A stretch of DNA of 63,083 nucleotides, the filler included, from Stramenopiles sp. TOSAG23-3 (taxonomy: Eukaryota), in the NCBI GenBank assembly GCA_900128585.1. It is 7 parts of 7 records of this genome, joined end to end, with 100 filler letters (N's around TTAATTAATTAA, not from the genome) between each part and the next. Parts side by side here need not be neighbours in the genome. Positions count along the whole stretch, not along the records: positions 28,719 to 42,958 come from LT642579.1; positions 43,059 to 57,282 come from LT642580.1; 5 more parts are not named here. One strand, given 5' to 3'. Below, one piece after another: positions 42,750 to 53,461 of the stretch. A model generated the notes under the pieces. The model saw only the letters and a list, made by a program, of their open reading frames with translations. It did not search any database and had not been told where the DNA came from. A program made the translations under genes and the position numbers. Numbering within the stretch: position 1 is the first letter of the stretch; every line of letters starts with the position of its first letter.

Positions 42750-42958
42750 TTTATTTAAAAGTATGTTATCTTATATACTGTTTCTAAACCGTCGCCTCAA
42801 TCTTTACAACGGTCTGTGTATACGGAATCCATCGACATCTCATGTTCTTTTTTTGATCCTCTGTTAACTTATACTCTTTAGTAAAGTGTTTTACTACATC
42901 TCCAATGGGTTTCGTTGAGTTCTCCTTCAAATATCTTAAAAATTCCTTTTTTAAAACC

Positions 42959-43058
42959 NNNNNNNNNNNNNNNNNNNNNNNNNNNNNNNNNNNNNNNNNN
43001 NNTTAATTAATTAANNNNNNNNNNNNNNNNNNNNNNNNNNNNNNNNNNNNNNNNNNNN
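42959..43058. other. Artificial contig linker
   Basis: N44-TTAATTAATTAA-N44. Confidence 0.98.
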
Positions 43059-43106
43059 GCGAGGAAGATAAAATTTTAATTTTACTTTAAATAACAGACA
43101 ACTTTC
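43059..43106 (+). repeat. Partial right end of the MITE-like element (copy 3) at a contig edge
   Basis: gaggaagataaaattttaattttactttaaataacagacaactttc resembles 4832-4878. Confidence 0.5.
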
Positions 43107-43187
43107 ACGAAAGCTGTTCGGGCTGCAGCATGGTTGAAGACGGGCAAAGAGCACAATTTCAGGCTGTGATTGGTCTGGTCAAGCCGC

Positions 43188-43994
43188 TTAAAAGCTCGTG
43201 GGGATATTGCTTTGGGTTCTGTCCCCCTTTCCGGTGGCAGGAATCGGCGCAGCTTTGGCAACGTCTTTGTTCCCGTCTTTCTTGTAGGGTTCGCTTGATC
43301 CGTAGTCGCTTCGTTCTACGTTCACCCATGCTGATTGCTTACCTGCTTTATGACTAAACCATTTTTGTCCATACCTTCTTCCATTCGACTTCATGTCGTT
43401 TTCGACCTGTTCCGCCAAGAAATTCCAAGAATAGCTCTTCTTTCCGTGGAAATTTCCCGCCTCGTTAAATTCTTTAATAACGTAGTTATACCCCATTTTG
43501 TCACAAAACGCAGCAGCGTCGGCGGAAGTCTCAAACCTCATAGAAAACTGGCCGACTGGGTCGCCTGAACTATAATAACCCATCAGGTGGTTGACCCATC
43601 TTGGCTTGTTTCCAAACTCGAGTTTCCACGCCTTTGTGTTTTGCCGACCGGTGGTGGACGCGGCACGAGCCGGGCGGTAAATAGTCACAGTTCTCTCTTT
43701 AATGGCGTTTGGAATACCAGCTAGTTGAGCGAGCTGACCGTCGGTGGCGTTAGACTCTTGTGCGACAGGGCTTATGGTCCGGGCCGTCCAAGGCGTTACC
43801 GTACTATCCCGAACAAAGTGGTTTTGCTCAAGGCGCATTGCATTGTTTGCTGCCTTTTCAGCCAAGGCGACTTCATCCGCCTCACCCTCTGTAGAAAAAT
43901 TGAGGGAAGGGGTGCAGGCAATGGCCGGTTGGCGACGGCCAAGCGACCTGGCAGCTGCACGAATAGCGACACGTCTGGTTGACGAGAATAACAT
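43188..43994 (-). CDS. NDUFS4: Mitochondrial complex I subunit NDUFS4 (18 kDa) with presequence
   Basis: RTVTIYRPAR, WKLEF, RWVNHLMGYYSSGDP, KKSYSWNF; Arg/Ala/Ser-rich N-terminus. Confidence 0.9.
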   Translation of the reverse strand: MLFSSTRRVAIRAAARSLGRRQPAIACTPSLNFSTEGEADEVALAEKAANNAMRLEQNHFVRDSTVTPWTARTISPVAQESNATDGQLAQLAGIPNAIKERTVTIYRPARAASTTGRQNTKAWKLEFGNKPRWVNHLMGYYSSGDPVGQFSMRFETSADAAAFCDKMGYNYVIKEFNEAGNFHGKKSYSWNFLAEQVENDMKSNGRRYGQKWFSHKAGKQSAWVNVERSDYGSSEPYKKDGNKDVAKAAPIPATGKGDRTQSNIPTSF

Positions 43995-44879
43995 TTTGGA
44001 AAGAATATTTAAAAAGTATGCAAATGTCTGCCAAAAGAGTCAAACGAGCCACTCTAACCAATTCCTAAACTATTTTCAATCACCATATCTATATGCATAC
44101 TCTATACACTCGACAAACCATAATAATGAATAATTCCTTCCCTCCCCTATAAAAATAATAATTATTATTTTTTTTTTATTGCCTCCTCCGTGTAGTTCGT
44201 TTGTTAAATAGATGTGGTTTGGGTTCTACGGTGATCCTTCGTTTAAGTACGAAAAGGGAAATAGCATTACACAATACATAGTTAAGGAGATGTATATTTC
44301 GTCCATATTTATTTATCACTTTTGGTATAAATAATATTCGTAATGTTATTGTATTATTATCTTTAAAATAACAATTATAAGTTGATATGATAGAACGACT
44401 AACACAATTCATTTATCGATTTAATTTAATTTAATTTAATTTAATCCTTAATTTATGAAGCGAAGCGATGTGGAAAGAAAACTTCTTTATTTGTATAATA
44501 TATGTATATAACATTATATAATAATATGCAACATTGAGTAGTACAAATAATTTGAATTTAATATATAAATATTGAGTTCATCCCTTTTGCTTTGTTTAAA
44601 GATTGAAGAGTGCTGTGTGCTTCTTATTGAGATCTTTTTCGTTTGATGCTTGGTGATACGTTACGATTTGGGTGATTCTCATGAAAACACCCATTTCTTT
44701 GTAGTAGAGGTAGAAATAGCATTGTAGGAATATAAATATAGAAGCACAGCATTAGCTTCTTTTTTTGTTCTCTGTCATCTCTCTTTTTTGTTGTTGGTTA
44801 ATACATTTATATTATATATTTGAAAGTCATATTTTTCCTATCACTCAATTATTCTTATTATATTTTTCCATTTTTACAC

Positions 44880-46757
44880 CTACCTTCGACGACTTCCTTC
44901 TCCACCTCCTCGACGTTTATTCCCGTGAATAGAACTGTACGATGAAGCACTTTGCCGGTTCCTTCTAGTGGTACCATGGGAGTTTGTCGCTGCACTATGG
45001 GTAGAAAACGCCGATGGCGACTTTTTCGTCGTGCGAGTTGGCAGTTTCGCAAAACTAACGGCAGACTCTGCAGACGGCGATTGTGCGAGCGATGATTGGC
45101 CTGGGTGAACTGCGGGTAAGTCTGTGGTGCCGGAAGGGGGAGACCCCAGTTGGCTCAATATGTCGCTGTGCTGCTGCAGGGAAAAGTCTTTCGTCGACGA
45201 GCCTGGGGGTGCCATTCCTGGGGGGTACTGCATATGACTCACCCCGCTTGAGTACGGACCCGAGTGGTGCCCATAGCTAGGTTCGCTCGATTTGCCACTA
45301 TTCACTACTGGCGGGGGAGAAATATTCTTTTTTGTGGCCGATGGCACACCGTGCAGCTGAGGCAAAGAGGTCGACGTGGCAAAAAACTGTCCAGGTTTGA
45401 CGAATTGGTTATTTGCAGCCATGTGCCGGGAGTGAGTTTCGTAACTTTCTCGCATCATTTGCTCATGGCGTTGCCATCGCATGTTTAGCAGCTGGGTCCG
45501 GCATTCCAACTCAGTCTTCAAACGCTCAATTTCCAGCTGCGCCTCTAATTTCGCGTCCTCGCGTGCGGATTTCACCAAGCGCTTACCCTGCTCCAGCTTT
45601 CGTTGCAACTCGCGAATTTCAGCATCCTTCGCTTTCACCGCTTCGTCGACTTGTATCACGACCAGTTCCGCTTTCTGCTTGCGCTGTTCGGATTCCTTCA
45701 ATTTCTCCATCAAATCCTCTATATTTTGGGACAGCCGGGCGCGCATGTCCCTCTCCTCGGCCAACTCATCTTGCACCTTTCGCAAGTCGTTCCTTGCAAT
45801 TCCCAGCTCTTCTTCGTACCCACTTTTTTCACTGACGATTCGGAACGCTTCCTCTTTTCGGAGCCGTTCTTTCTGCGTGTTGACCAGCATTTCCTTGGCT
45901 TTGTCCAGCTCCATCGACGAAGATTTGATCTCCTCCTTCAGTTCTTTCGCTAAAAAATGGGCCTCGTTCTTTTTTGGGGGTGGCGGCCGTTTCTTCCTTT
46001 TTGATCGTGACATTGGCCTGAAGCTGGAGCTTGGGGAAACTGGGGGGGGGGGGGGGGGGGAGGTGCCCTTCGCCTCTTTCTCTTCCCTAATTTTTAGTAC
46101 CCTTTCCTTTGCAACCTTCTTCCGTTGAATGGACTGGATTTTTGTCGCAGCCGCGCTTTTTGAATCGTGATCCTTCTTTATTTTCTCTAGCTCTTCCTCG
46201 TCGTCGTAGTATAATTTCACACCCCGCGAAGCAGCTTCTTTTTCTTCTTTCTCTAATAGTTCCTGCAATTCCGTCGCAGTCATTTCGTGGACAGGCTTTG
46301 AGCCAACGGCCTTTATTTTCTCGATCTGTACCTGTGGTATCACCAGCTGTTCCTTTTTGTTGCCTGCGTCTGCGGGGGCGTCTACCCGCTCACCCTCCTC
46401 GGTTTCAGACCCCTCAAGGCCGGTGTCGTTCTCATCTACTTTCGGCCTTTCCGTTACACCTCCCTCTCGGTTCGGTGTCTCCACTGGACCTTCTTTTGGC
46501 ACCTCCACTGATTTTTCTTTCGTTGTCTCCACTGGACCTTCTTTTTCTATACTGGCGCGACGCTCCTCAAAATCTACCCTTGCAACCCGCCCACGCTGCA
46601 AGGCCTGGATTTTCGTCGCGGCCTCCTTCTGCCGTGTTTTGAATTGTTCCAACTGTATCGGGCTCTTCTTTTTCCCCGGCCGGCTGTTCACCGATGACCG
46701 TTTTTTCTTCTTTCCTTTCTTCCCCATACTTTCTTCAAATGTACAAATATATGGCAC
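44880..46757 (-). CDS. IQ-motif coiled-coil protein
   Basis: AATKIQALQRGRVAR, AATKIQSIQRKKVAK, poly-Pro (G run at 46042-46059) and a long coiled coil. Confidence 0.8.
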   Translation of the reverse strand: MPYICTFEESMGKKGKKKKRSSVNSRPGKKKSPIQLEQFKTRQKEAATKIQALQRGRVARVDFEERRASIEKEGPVETTKEKSVEVPKEGPVETPNREGGVTERPKVDENDTGLEGSETEEGERVDAPADAGNKKEQLVIPQVQIEKIKAVGSKPVHEMTATELQELLEKEEKEAASRGVKLYYDDEEELEKIKKDHDSKSAAATKIQSIQRKKVAKERVLKIREEKEAKGTSPPPPPPVSPSSSFRPMSRSKRKKRPPPPKKNEAHFLAKELKEEIKSSSMELDKAKEMLVNTQKERLRKEEAFRIVSEKSGYEEELGIARNDLRKVQDELAEERDMRARLSQNIEDLMEKLKESEQRKQKAELVVIQVDEAVKAKDAEIRELQRKLEQGKRLVKSAREDAKLEAQLEIERLKTELECRTQLLNMRWQRHEQMMRESYETHSRHMAANNQFVKPGQFFATSTSLPQLHGVPSATKKNISPPPVVNSGKSSEPSYGHHSGPYSSGVSHMQYPPGMAPPGSSTKDFSLQQHSDILSQLGSPPSGTTDLPAVHPGQSSLAQSPSAESAVSFAKLPTRTTKKSPSAFSTHSAATNSHGTTRRNRQSASSYSSIHGNKRRGGGEGSRRR

Positions 46758-48263
46758 CTAATTTCTCCCCGAACCACACACCATGTAACAATTCGTTCTT
46801 GAAGTGGTACTTGGTATTCCAACGTTAAAAAACGTCTCTCTCGCACTAAAGTAATGAAAGTGACTTTTCGTTTGCATGTCTGAATTCTGCATTTTTTAAT
46901 GGTAACAGGATGATTGCGTTGTTGTTGTTATTATATCATAGTTGTGTTGGATGATGATAGAAGATAGAAGATCGATAAAAATAGAAGAAGAAGAAAAAAT
47001 ATGCCATATTTTATTTAATTATAACGGTATAAGGAGAAGAAAAGAAGTAGAAAAGAAGAAGAAAACAACTTGCAAGACGTCTATATTTAGTCGTTCTATA
47101 AAATCAATACAAGCAGTGGTGTACATATTCCTTTGTATTTCCTCGTAGAATATTATATTATATATTATTATACTGTAACGAATATTAGTCAAAAAAAGTA
47201 ATACAATGTGTAGATACAGTTTAAATTATGTATTATAAGCTACTACAATAAAAATAAATACTCCTACTCTCTTACGAGGCGTATACAATGTATACTATTT
47301 TATAATAATAAATTAAAAAAAAATAAAAAAAAAAGCCAAATCAACTTACTATAGGAATAGTAGGAAGAAACGTGTGAAGAACAGTTCGCATAATTAATTG
47401 ATAAAATTACATTGTTGTTCTCTTTTATTTTGTATATTATATAATATTTATATATTATTAAACATAAAGCACTTTACGTTAAATAACAGTTTCATCATTT
47501 TTTATTATTCATTCATTTATTAATCAATTCTTTCTTCTTCAACAACAAATACAATAAGTATAATGCATTGTGTAGCGTGTAGCTACAATTTGACGATTCT
47601 ACTAAAAAAAAAAAAAGAATAAATTAATTTGCAGAATTGAATTCACATCATGCTATTCCCTTACTAAAAACAGTCGACTGTGTCTGGACTACTTTGTACT
47701 ACTACTATATCCTCGTTTTATTTTTTTTGATTGACCAAGAGATGATTTTATTATTGAAATATACAGGTACATAGCAAAGATGAATTGAAGAAAAGGATAT
47801 AAATTTTATTTTGAAGATAAAATATAATAATAAAATGTTTTTTCTTCTTTTTCTTGTTATTTTAAAGTATGATGATGCTGCTGTTTGTATAATGCGGCGG
47901 TGATGCGATATAATATTTATAGTAAAAATTAAAAAAAAATGCGTGCGTGTGTTTTTCTCTTCCTCATCCTTTTTTTATTTTTTTATTATTACTACTACCG
48001 GTATTATTATATTTTTTGGTGTGTGTTCAATCATCAAGTTGTTAGCCACCATATTCACATTATTTTCTTTCCCAATCGTGAGATGAAAACGTTGCGCAGA
48101 CTATAGTTGTCAGACTCGATAACATTTGGGAGAAAAAGGGCAGTGTATGAAACAACATAGGTATTCACTGAGTGTGTGTGTTGAAGCGGTGGTATTTGGA
48201 TAGATTTGAGTGAGTAGGAAGAGGTGAGAGTTGGCATTAAAGAGAGCACGAACTTATAGGTAT

Positions 48264-51131
48264 ATGGAGCCCCATAATGCTGATGGCGGTGCCGGGGGTC
48301 CTGGCAAAAACAGTATTGTGAGTAACGAGGGTTGTGGAGGGAGTGAGCAGCCCCCTGGATCCCCTATAGTCATGGCCAAAAAGTCTTCCGGGTTTGTCCC
48401 CCCGCCCCACCTTGATTTAGATAACGAGGCCCCTCCCCCACCGCCAACGGCAGACGGGGAAAGCGCGGAACGGTCTCGCGTCGCTGCTCAAGACCCTGTG
48501 TCGGATGAACTGTCGTACTTTGCGCAAGCAAAACAGTCTGCTATCCACAAACACTTGGCTAGCCGGGTCTCGGGTATCATTGGATCTATCCCGGATGGCT
48601 GGAACCTGCGGGACTTTGTGAACGCGTCGTCGTCCATGAGCGAGAGTTTCTCGTCTTACTCGAACCTGGGGAGAAGTTTAATAGGCACTGCTGTCGGGTT
48701 CAACGACTTGTATGGGGATGCAGTGGACAAAGAGATGGAGTGGAGGGAGCCGTGGGTTGAAATCGATAGCAGCGATTTCCGCGCTCGTTTGGCTGGTTCT
48801 CCGAGCGATAGGATGCAAAGCCGATACTTTGAGAGTGACTCGGGGCTAAAAATGTTGGTGGGAGAAACCGTTTTGGACAAAGTGTCGGCGTATAATTTAG
48901 CCGGCAGGGGACGGTCTGATGGGACAGGCTCTGAGGGACCGAGCCTGGGCACGTTGTACCTTACGAACTTTCGGCTCTTGTTCCATTGCGCATCCGCCCA
49001 ATGGGAAGTCCCGTTAGGATCCGTTGCGTCCGTGAGCGACAGCCCCGGCCACCAGTCCGGCCCAAAATTCATATGCACGTTGGAGATCACGACCAAAACG
49101 TTCTTGCATTACTCCATAGGGTTCACTTTTGATATTTCGAACTACAAAATTTACCACAGGCTGGTTTGCCCGCCCACGTCCGCGGCGATGCAGCTCTCGA
49201 AAAGCATAAGCATAGCAGGGATGACGAGGCATGAACAGGAAAGCAGCGACCTGGCCGACGAAAGCCTTTTTGCATTTCACTATAACCCGGGCGTATCCCG
49301 CCATGGCCATATTGTTCCAGGGTGGGCAAAACTGGACTTGGACGACGAGTACACCAGGCTTGGTTTGACAAAGAACGAGGAGTACAATGCGAACGATGTG
49401 CTTGGCTCATTGGCGGGGACATCACACCCCTGGCGACTAACGGCCATAAACGAGGACTACAAGCTATGCCCAACGTACCCTGCCAAGTTTATTGTTCCTC
49501 GCGCAATTGGCGACGAACAGTTAGAACGTATCGGGTCCTTCAGAAGCAAAGGGCGAATCCCAGCCATAGTGTACCGGCACCCGAATGATGCTACGATTAG
49601 TCGGTGTGCGCAGCCAATGGTCGGAATTGTGCGCCGGGCACGCTGTCCGGATGACGAAAAGTACATCAAACAGCTGATTCCATCGTCGGAAAAAGATGTG
49701 TACATCATTGATTGCAGGTCGCAGGCTGCGGCGTACGGCAATTTGGCGGCGGGGCGAGGCTTCGAATTTTCGGCAAACTATGGTGGGTCTAAGCTGCTGT
49801 TCATGAACATTGAAAACATCCATGCCATGCGAGACTCTTGCAGACGTCTGCTGGAATTAGGCAAATCGGCGTGGCGCAGCTGTGGAGATGGGGACCCGAG
49901 ATGGTGGTCGCACCTTGAGGCCACGAGATGGCTGGAACATGTAAGGTCGCTCCTTTGCGCCGCGTCCATGGTTGCCCGTATCGTTGCGGGGGGGCACTCT
50001 TCTCTGATTCACTGTTCGGACGGATGGGATCGAACTCCCCAGCTCAGTGCTTTGGCCCAGATTTTGCTAGACCCGTACTACCGATCGATTAGGGGGTTTG
50101 CCGTCCTTGTTGAAAAGGAGTGGTGTGCGTTCGGCCATCAATTCGCTACTAGATCAGGCCACAGCCACGAAAATTTCTTTGAGAGCGACGAGTGCTCGCC
50201 AATATTTTTACAATTTATCGATTGTGTTTTTCAACTGGTGTCGCAATTTCCGTGTTCTTTTGAGTTTAACGAACAATTTTTGATAGCACTCCTGGACGAG
50301 GTATACGCAAACAAAACTGGGACGTTTTTAGGGGATTGTGAAGGCGCCCGCATTGACGCCGGCGTGCCGGAGAAGTGTATCTCGGCCTGGGCTTTGTTGT
50401 TACCGCCCCACAAACACGGTTCCTGGAACTACCGGACCCATAACTATGTGAACCCGATTTACGAAGGTTTTGGGGTCGCGGTGGCAAAAGAGAGGGATGG
50501 TGTGAAGAAGTTTCGGGTCCAACAGACCATTGGTGCAGATGGTGACATTGTCATGCACGATGAGCAGCGGCTTAATGATGGCAAAAACATACTTGTTCCT
50601 GATTGCCATCAAAGTAAGATTAAGATTTGGAACGGATATTACTTTCGCCAAATGAAAGAGGACGCGGAAGCTATCGATCACCAGGGTATTTCAAGCTCAA
50701 ACGTGCGAACCGTTTCCATGGATTCCCAGGTCAGGGGCATTTTCGGGAATACCGAAGTCCTGGCGATGCAGTCGTTGCGATTAAGAAGGGAGGTCGACAA
50801 GCTGAAAAATGAATTAAGAAAAATGCACGAGCTTGCGCGTCAAGAAGTGTACGACGACGTAGAGGGCTTCATCAATGTTCGAGGTAGTGGCACAAGGTCC
50901 AGAGGTGGTTCTTTGCCGGCAAGCTCTCACCGTCCTTTGCCTCGGCCGCGCGGTAATACTGCATCAACGCGATCGTCGTCGCGGTCGAAAGGCAGCAGTC
51001 TGCATAATTTGATTCAACATTTTCCGCGCTGGACATCAAGGGGGATTCGGGGTAGTAGTAGTGGAACCAAACAGCAGAAAGGAGGTGGCCAAACAGTGGA
51101 ACCATGGCGAAGAAGGGCTTCCCAGACCTGA
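48264..51131 (+). CDS. Myotubularin-family phosphoinositide 3-phosphatase (catalytically intact)
   Basis: GRAM-like GTLYLTNFRL, LCPTYP, FRSKGRIP, HCSDGWDRT, EKEWCAFGHQF, QFPCSFEFNE. Confidence 0.96.
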   Translation: MEPHNADGGAGGPGKNSIVSNEGCGGSEQPPGSPIVMAKKSSGFVPPPHLDLDNEAPPPPPTADGESAERSRVAAQDPVSDELSYFAQAKQSAIHKHLASRVSGIIGSIPDGWNLRDFVNASSSMSESFSSYSNLGRSLIGTAVGFNDLYGDAVDKEMEWREPWVEIDSSDFRARLAGSPSDRMQSRYFESDSGLKMLVGETVLDKVSAYNLAGRGRSDGTGSEGPSLGTLYLTNFRLLFHCASAQWEVPLGSVASVSDSPGHQSGPKFICTLEITTKTFLHYSIGFTFDISNYKIYHRLVCPPTSAAMQLSKSISIAGMTRHEQESSDLADESLFAFHYNPGVSRHGHIVPGWAKLDLDDEYTRLGLTKNEEYNANDVLGSLAGTSHPWRLTAINEDYKLCPTYPAKFIVPRAIGDEQLERIGSFRSKGRIPAIVYRHPNDATISRCAQPMVGIVRRARCPDDEKYIKQLIPSSEKDVYIIDCRSQAAAYGNLAAGRGFEFSANYGGSKLLFMNIENIHAMRDSCRRLLELGKSAWRSCGDGDPRWWSHLEATRWLEHVRSLLCAASMVARIVAGGHSSLIHCSDGWDRTPQLSALAQILLDPYYRSIRGFAVLVEKEWCAFGHQFATRSGHSHENFFESDECSPIFLQFIDCVFQLVSQFPCSFEFNEQFLIALLDEVYANKTGTFLGDCEGARIDAGVPEKCISAWALLLPPHKHGSWNYRTHNYVNPIYEGFGVAVAKERDGVKKFRVQQTIGADGDIVMHDEQRLNDGKNILVPDCHQSKIKIWNGYYFRQMKEDAEAIDHQGISSSNVRTVSMDSQVRGIFGNTEVLAMQSLRLRREVDKLKNELRKMHELARQEVYDDVEGFINVRGSGTRSRGGSLPASSHRPLPRPRGNTASTRSSSRSKGSSLHNLIQHFPRWTSRGIRGSSSGTKQQKGGGQTVEPWRRRASQT

Positions 51132-51476
51132 GAGAGGGGTGGTGCCCAAATTACAACGTGTAAAAATTATTAAAATTTAAAAAAACATTAAGTTTTAGAA
51201 TTTACTAAAAACAACATATATTTGCGCTGTTATTATTATTGTGTACTGCATCGTACTTTAATCAATTTACCTTCGTCGTTAGTTAAATTAAAATGTGGAG
51301 TGATAAAGCAAAATCTCAGGAGCAGAGATAAGTTCGCAGTATACGAAGAAGATAATTTATACTCAATTGTTTGAACTCAAATTTTTGATGTAAAGTACGG
51401 AAACACAAACAGTCGGTCCTCCCGCACGCGGTACGTTGTGTACACCAGGCTCGTTTCAAAGGAGCTGCCTCAGCTG

Positions 51477-52568
51477 CTATTTCAAATTCTTTGGCGGCGT
51501 TCGTTTTCGTCTCGAAGAGGGGGTTTTGGCCCGTTTTGTCTGTTGCTTCTTTTTCCCCCTTTCCCCTTTTCCTTTCCCCAACGCCTTTGGATTGCGAACC
51601 AACAAACCAGCCAACCATTCCACAATCAGCTCTGCAATTTTCTCATGCTGTGGTTCTTTCGATAACCCGTGCCAAAAACCAAGATGGGTGACCCATGCCA
51701 ATTTTTTGTTGGCACCGCTGGGAGTTCCGTCGTAGAACATTTGCGAGCCTTCAGGGTCGGTCATGGTATCTTCCTCGGAATGTATAACTAAGTGTGGGCA
51801 ACTAACCTTGTGGGCATCCTCGATCGCTTTATCAACCGCCCAGAAAAATTCAGTAGCCATGCGGGCACGGACTCGGCCATCATAATTTAGTGGGTCTGCA
51901 TCATGCTCTGCACCAATATCAGGATGAAAAGGATTTTTGGACTTTGAGCCTACTGGTAAAGAGGGCCAACACGCTGAAATACAAGCAGAGAAGGGCAAAA
52001 GAACTTTGTTTGCCGGCTTACGCTTGATCCGTTCAAGGCGTAACATCGGTGCCGCAAGTATTAGCCCGTCCAGATCTTCACTGAGCTGCTCAGCAACGTG
52101 CGAAACAATACAGCCCCCCATTGACAAACCTAGCACGTACACTTTTCCGCCTTTTTCCTTCGCTTTGCAGTGGTAATAAAACTGCTTCGTGTCATTGGTG
52201 AAATCTTGAAACCGGTTAACATGCGCCCTATACCCTTTTAAGCCTTCGCTGAGACCATGACTTTGCAGGTCGAAGCCGTAAACGTTCAGCCCGGTCTCGT
52301 TGAAGGACTCAATCCAACTATTTTTATATGTATTATTTGGAAAACTAGTAAACTCCCAGTGCCAGTGGCAACCGTAACCGTGGACCAGAAGAATAGCCCC
52401 GCGTGGTTTCTTTGTAAGAGCAGGGTAAAAGTAAGTTGCAAGACGAAGACCCTGCGCGTTAAGAAAGGAACCCGTCTCTGGGTCACAGTCTTCCATTCCG
52501 AGATACCCACTCAAGGACGGCTCTGTCTCTCCCAATAGCGGCGAACGGTCGCTCGCGAAAGAAGCCAT
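51477..52568 (-). CDS. Alpha/beta hydrolase, monoacylglycerol lipase/lysophospholipase family
   Basis: LLVHGYG, DLQSHGLSEG, nucleophile GLSMGG. Confidence 0.92.
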   Translation of the reverse strand: MASFASDRSPLLGETEPSLSGYLGMEDCDPETGSFLNAQGLRLATYFYPALTKKPRGAILLVHGYGCHWHWEFTSFPNNTYKNSWIESFNETGLNVYGFDLQSHGLSEGLKGYRAHVNRFQDFTNDTKQFYYHCKAKEKGGKVYVLGLSMGGCIVSHVAEQLSEDLDGLILAAPMLRLERIKRKPANKVLLPFSACISACWPSLPVGSKSKNPFHPDIGAEHDADPLNYDGRVRARMATEFFWAVDKAIEDAHKVSCPHLVIHSEEDTMTDPEGSQMFYDGTPSGANKKLAWVTHLGFWHGLSKEPQHEKIAELIVEWLAGLLVRNPKALGKGKGERGKKKQQTKRAKTPSSRRKRTPPKNLK

Positions 52569-53461
52569 TACCGTGTTACACTCACTCAATGAAAATAATG
52601 ATGAAATAACGATAATTGCAATTTCTTCTGTTATCAAAGTATCAACTGGCCCGTACAAAGTATTTTTTTCATTCTCACATTATTATATTTGCATGACATC
52701 TCGTTTGTTGGTCTGTATATAAATGTCTGTGTATTTTTAAAAAAATAATAATAATAATATAAATATATAATAATCTAAATAATAAAGAAGAAGAAAGAAC
52801 AACAAACAACATCAACCACATCATCATATCATCATCATCTCATTCCAAATAATATAATAATAATAATTAAAAAATATCTTTTCCTCTTTCTTCTCCTTCT
52901 CTTCTCCTCCTCATTCTTCCCTTGGTGGTGTGGGAGAATATGAATGGAAATATCGTCTATTATTATACCGATACTATTCCCTTTTTTTTTTTACTTCCAG
53001 CTCCCAAATACTGTGTAGCCCCAATATTACCTTTTACTATACAAATTATTATACTTATGGAAATTATATTGGTACCTATTAAGTCTAATATTATATAAAT
53101 TGAATTTATCCCCCAAAAAATTACCAGATTACCGTTGATGTGTGTGTGAAAATAGAGCTATTTATATTGTCATATTACAGTATTTACATATAAATAATAT
53201 ATAAATAATATGGGTTAAATTTTGAGAGAGGAGGGATTATACCTGGTACAGGTACCTGGTACCAAGGTCCTCCTCCTTCTATTCTTCTTCTTCTCGTTGT
53301 TTTCATTAATATAATAATTGAAAAACAAAAACGATACACTTGACACAATTCTGCTCCACGAACGATTTTTGCATGTTCTAACAATTTCACATGCACCGTT
53401 AAATTAGTATTATTAAAGCGTAAAAGCAAACCGTGCAAGAAATGGGTCACTCAGTATATAA

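Larger units (their letters stand above)
28719..42958. mobile_element. Large dsDNA virus genome fragment, probably a mirusvirus; free, episomal or endogenous state unknown
   Basis: Herpes-type terminase domain, glutaredoxin, M16 peptidase, PLD nuclease, ankyrin, short ORFans, tiny or overlapping intergenic gaps and no host-type microsatellite spacers. Confidence 0.8.

Noticed and set aside
42781-42958. Possible decayed ORF end upstream of the M16 gene
   Set aside because: Would need two frameshifts and shows no recognisable motif; too weak to call
28719-42958. Interpretation as a bacterial prophage or a Nucleocytoviricota fragment
   Set aside because: No evident Shine-Dalgarno pattern, eukaryote-type TATA spacing and a eukaryotic TM-LRR gene argue against phage; a herpes-type terminase argues against NCLDV (not formally excluded without searches)
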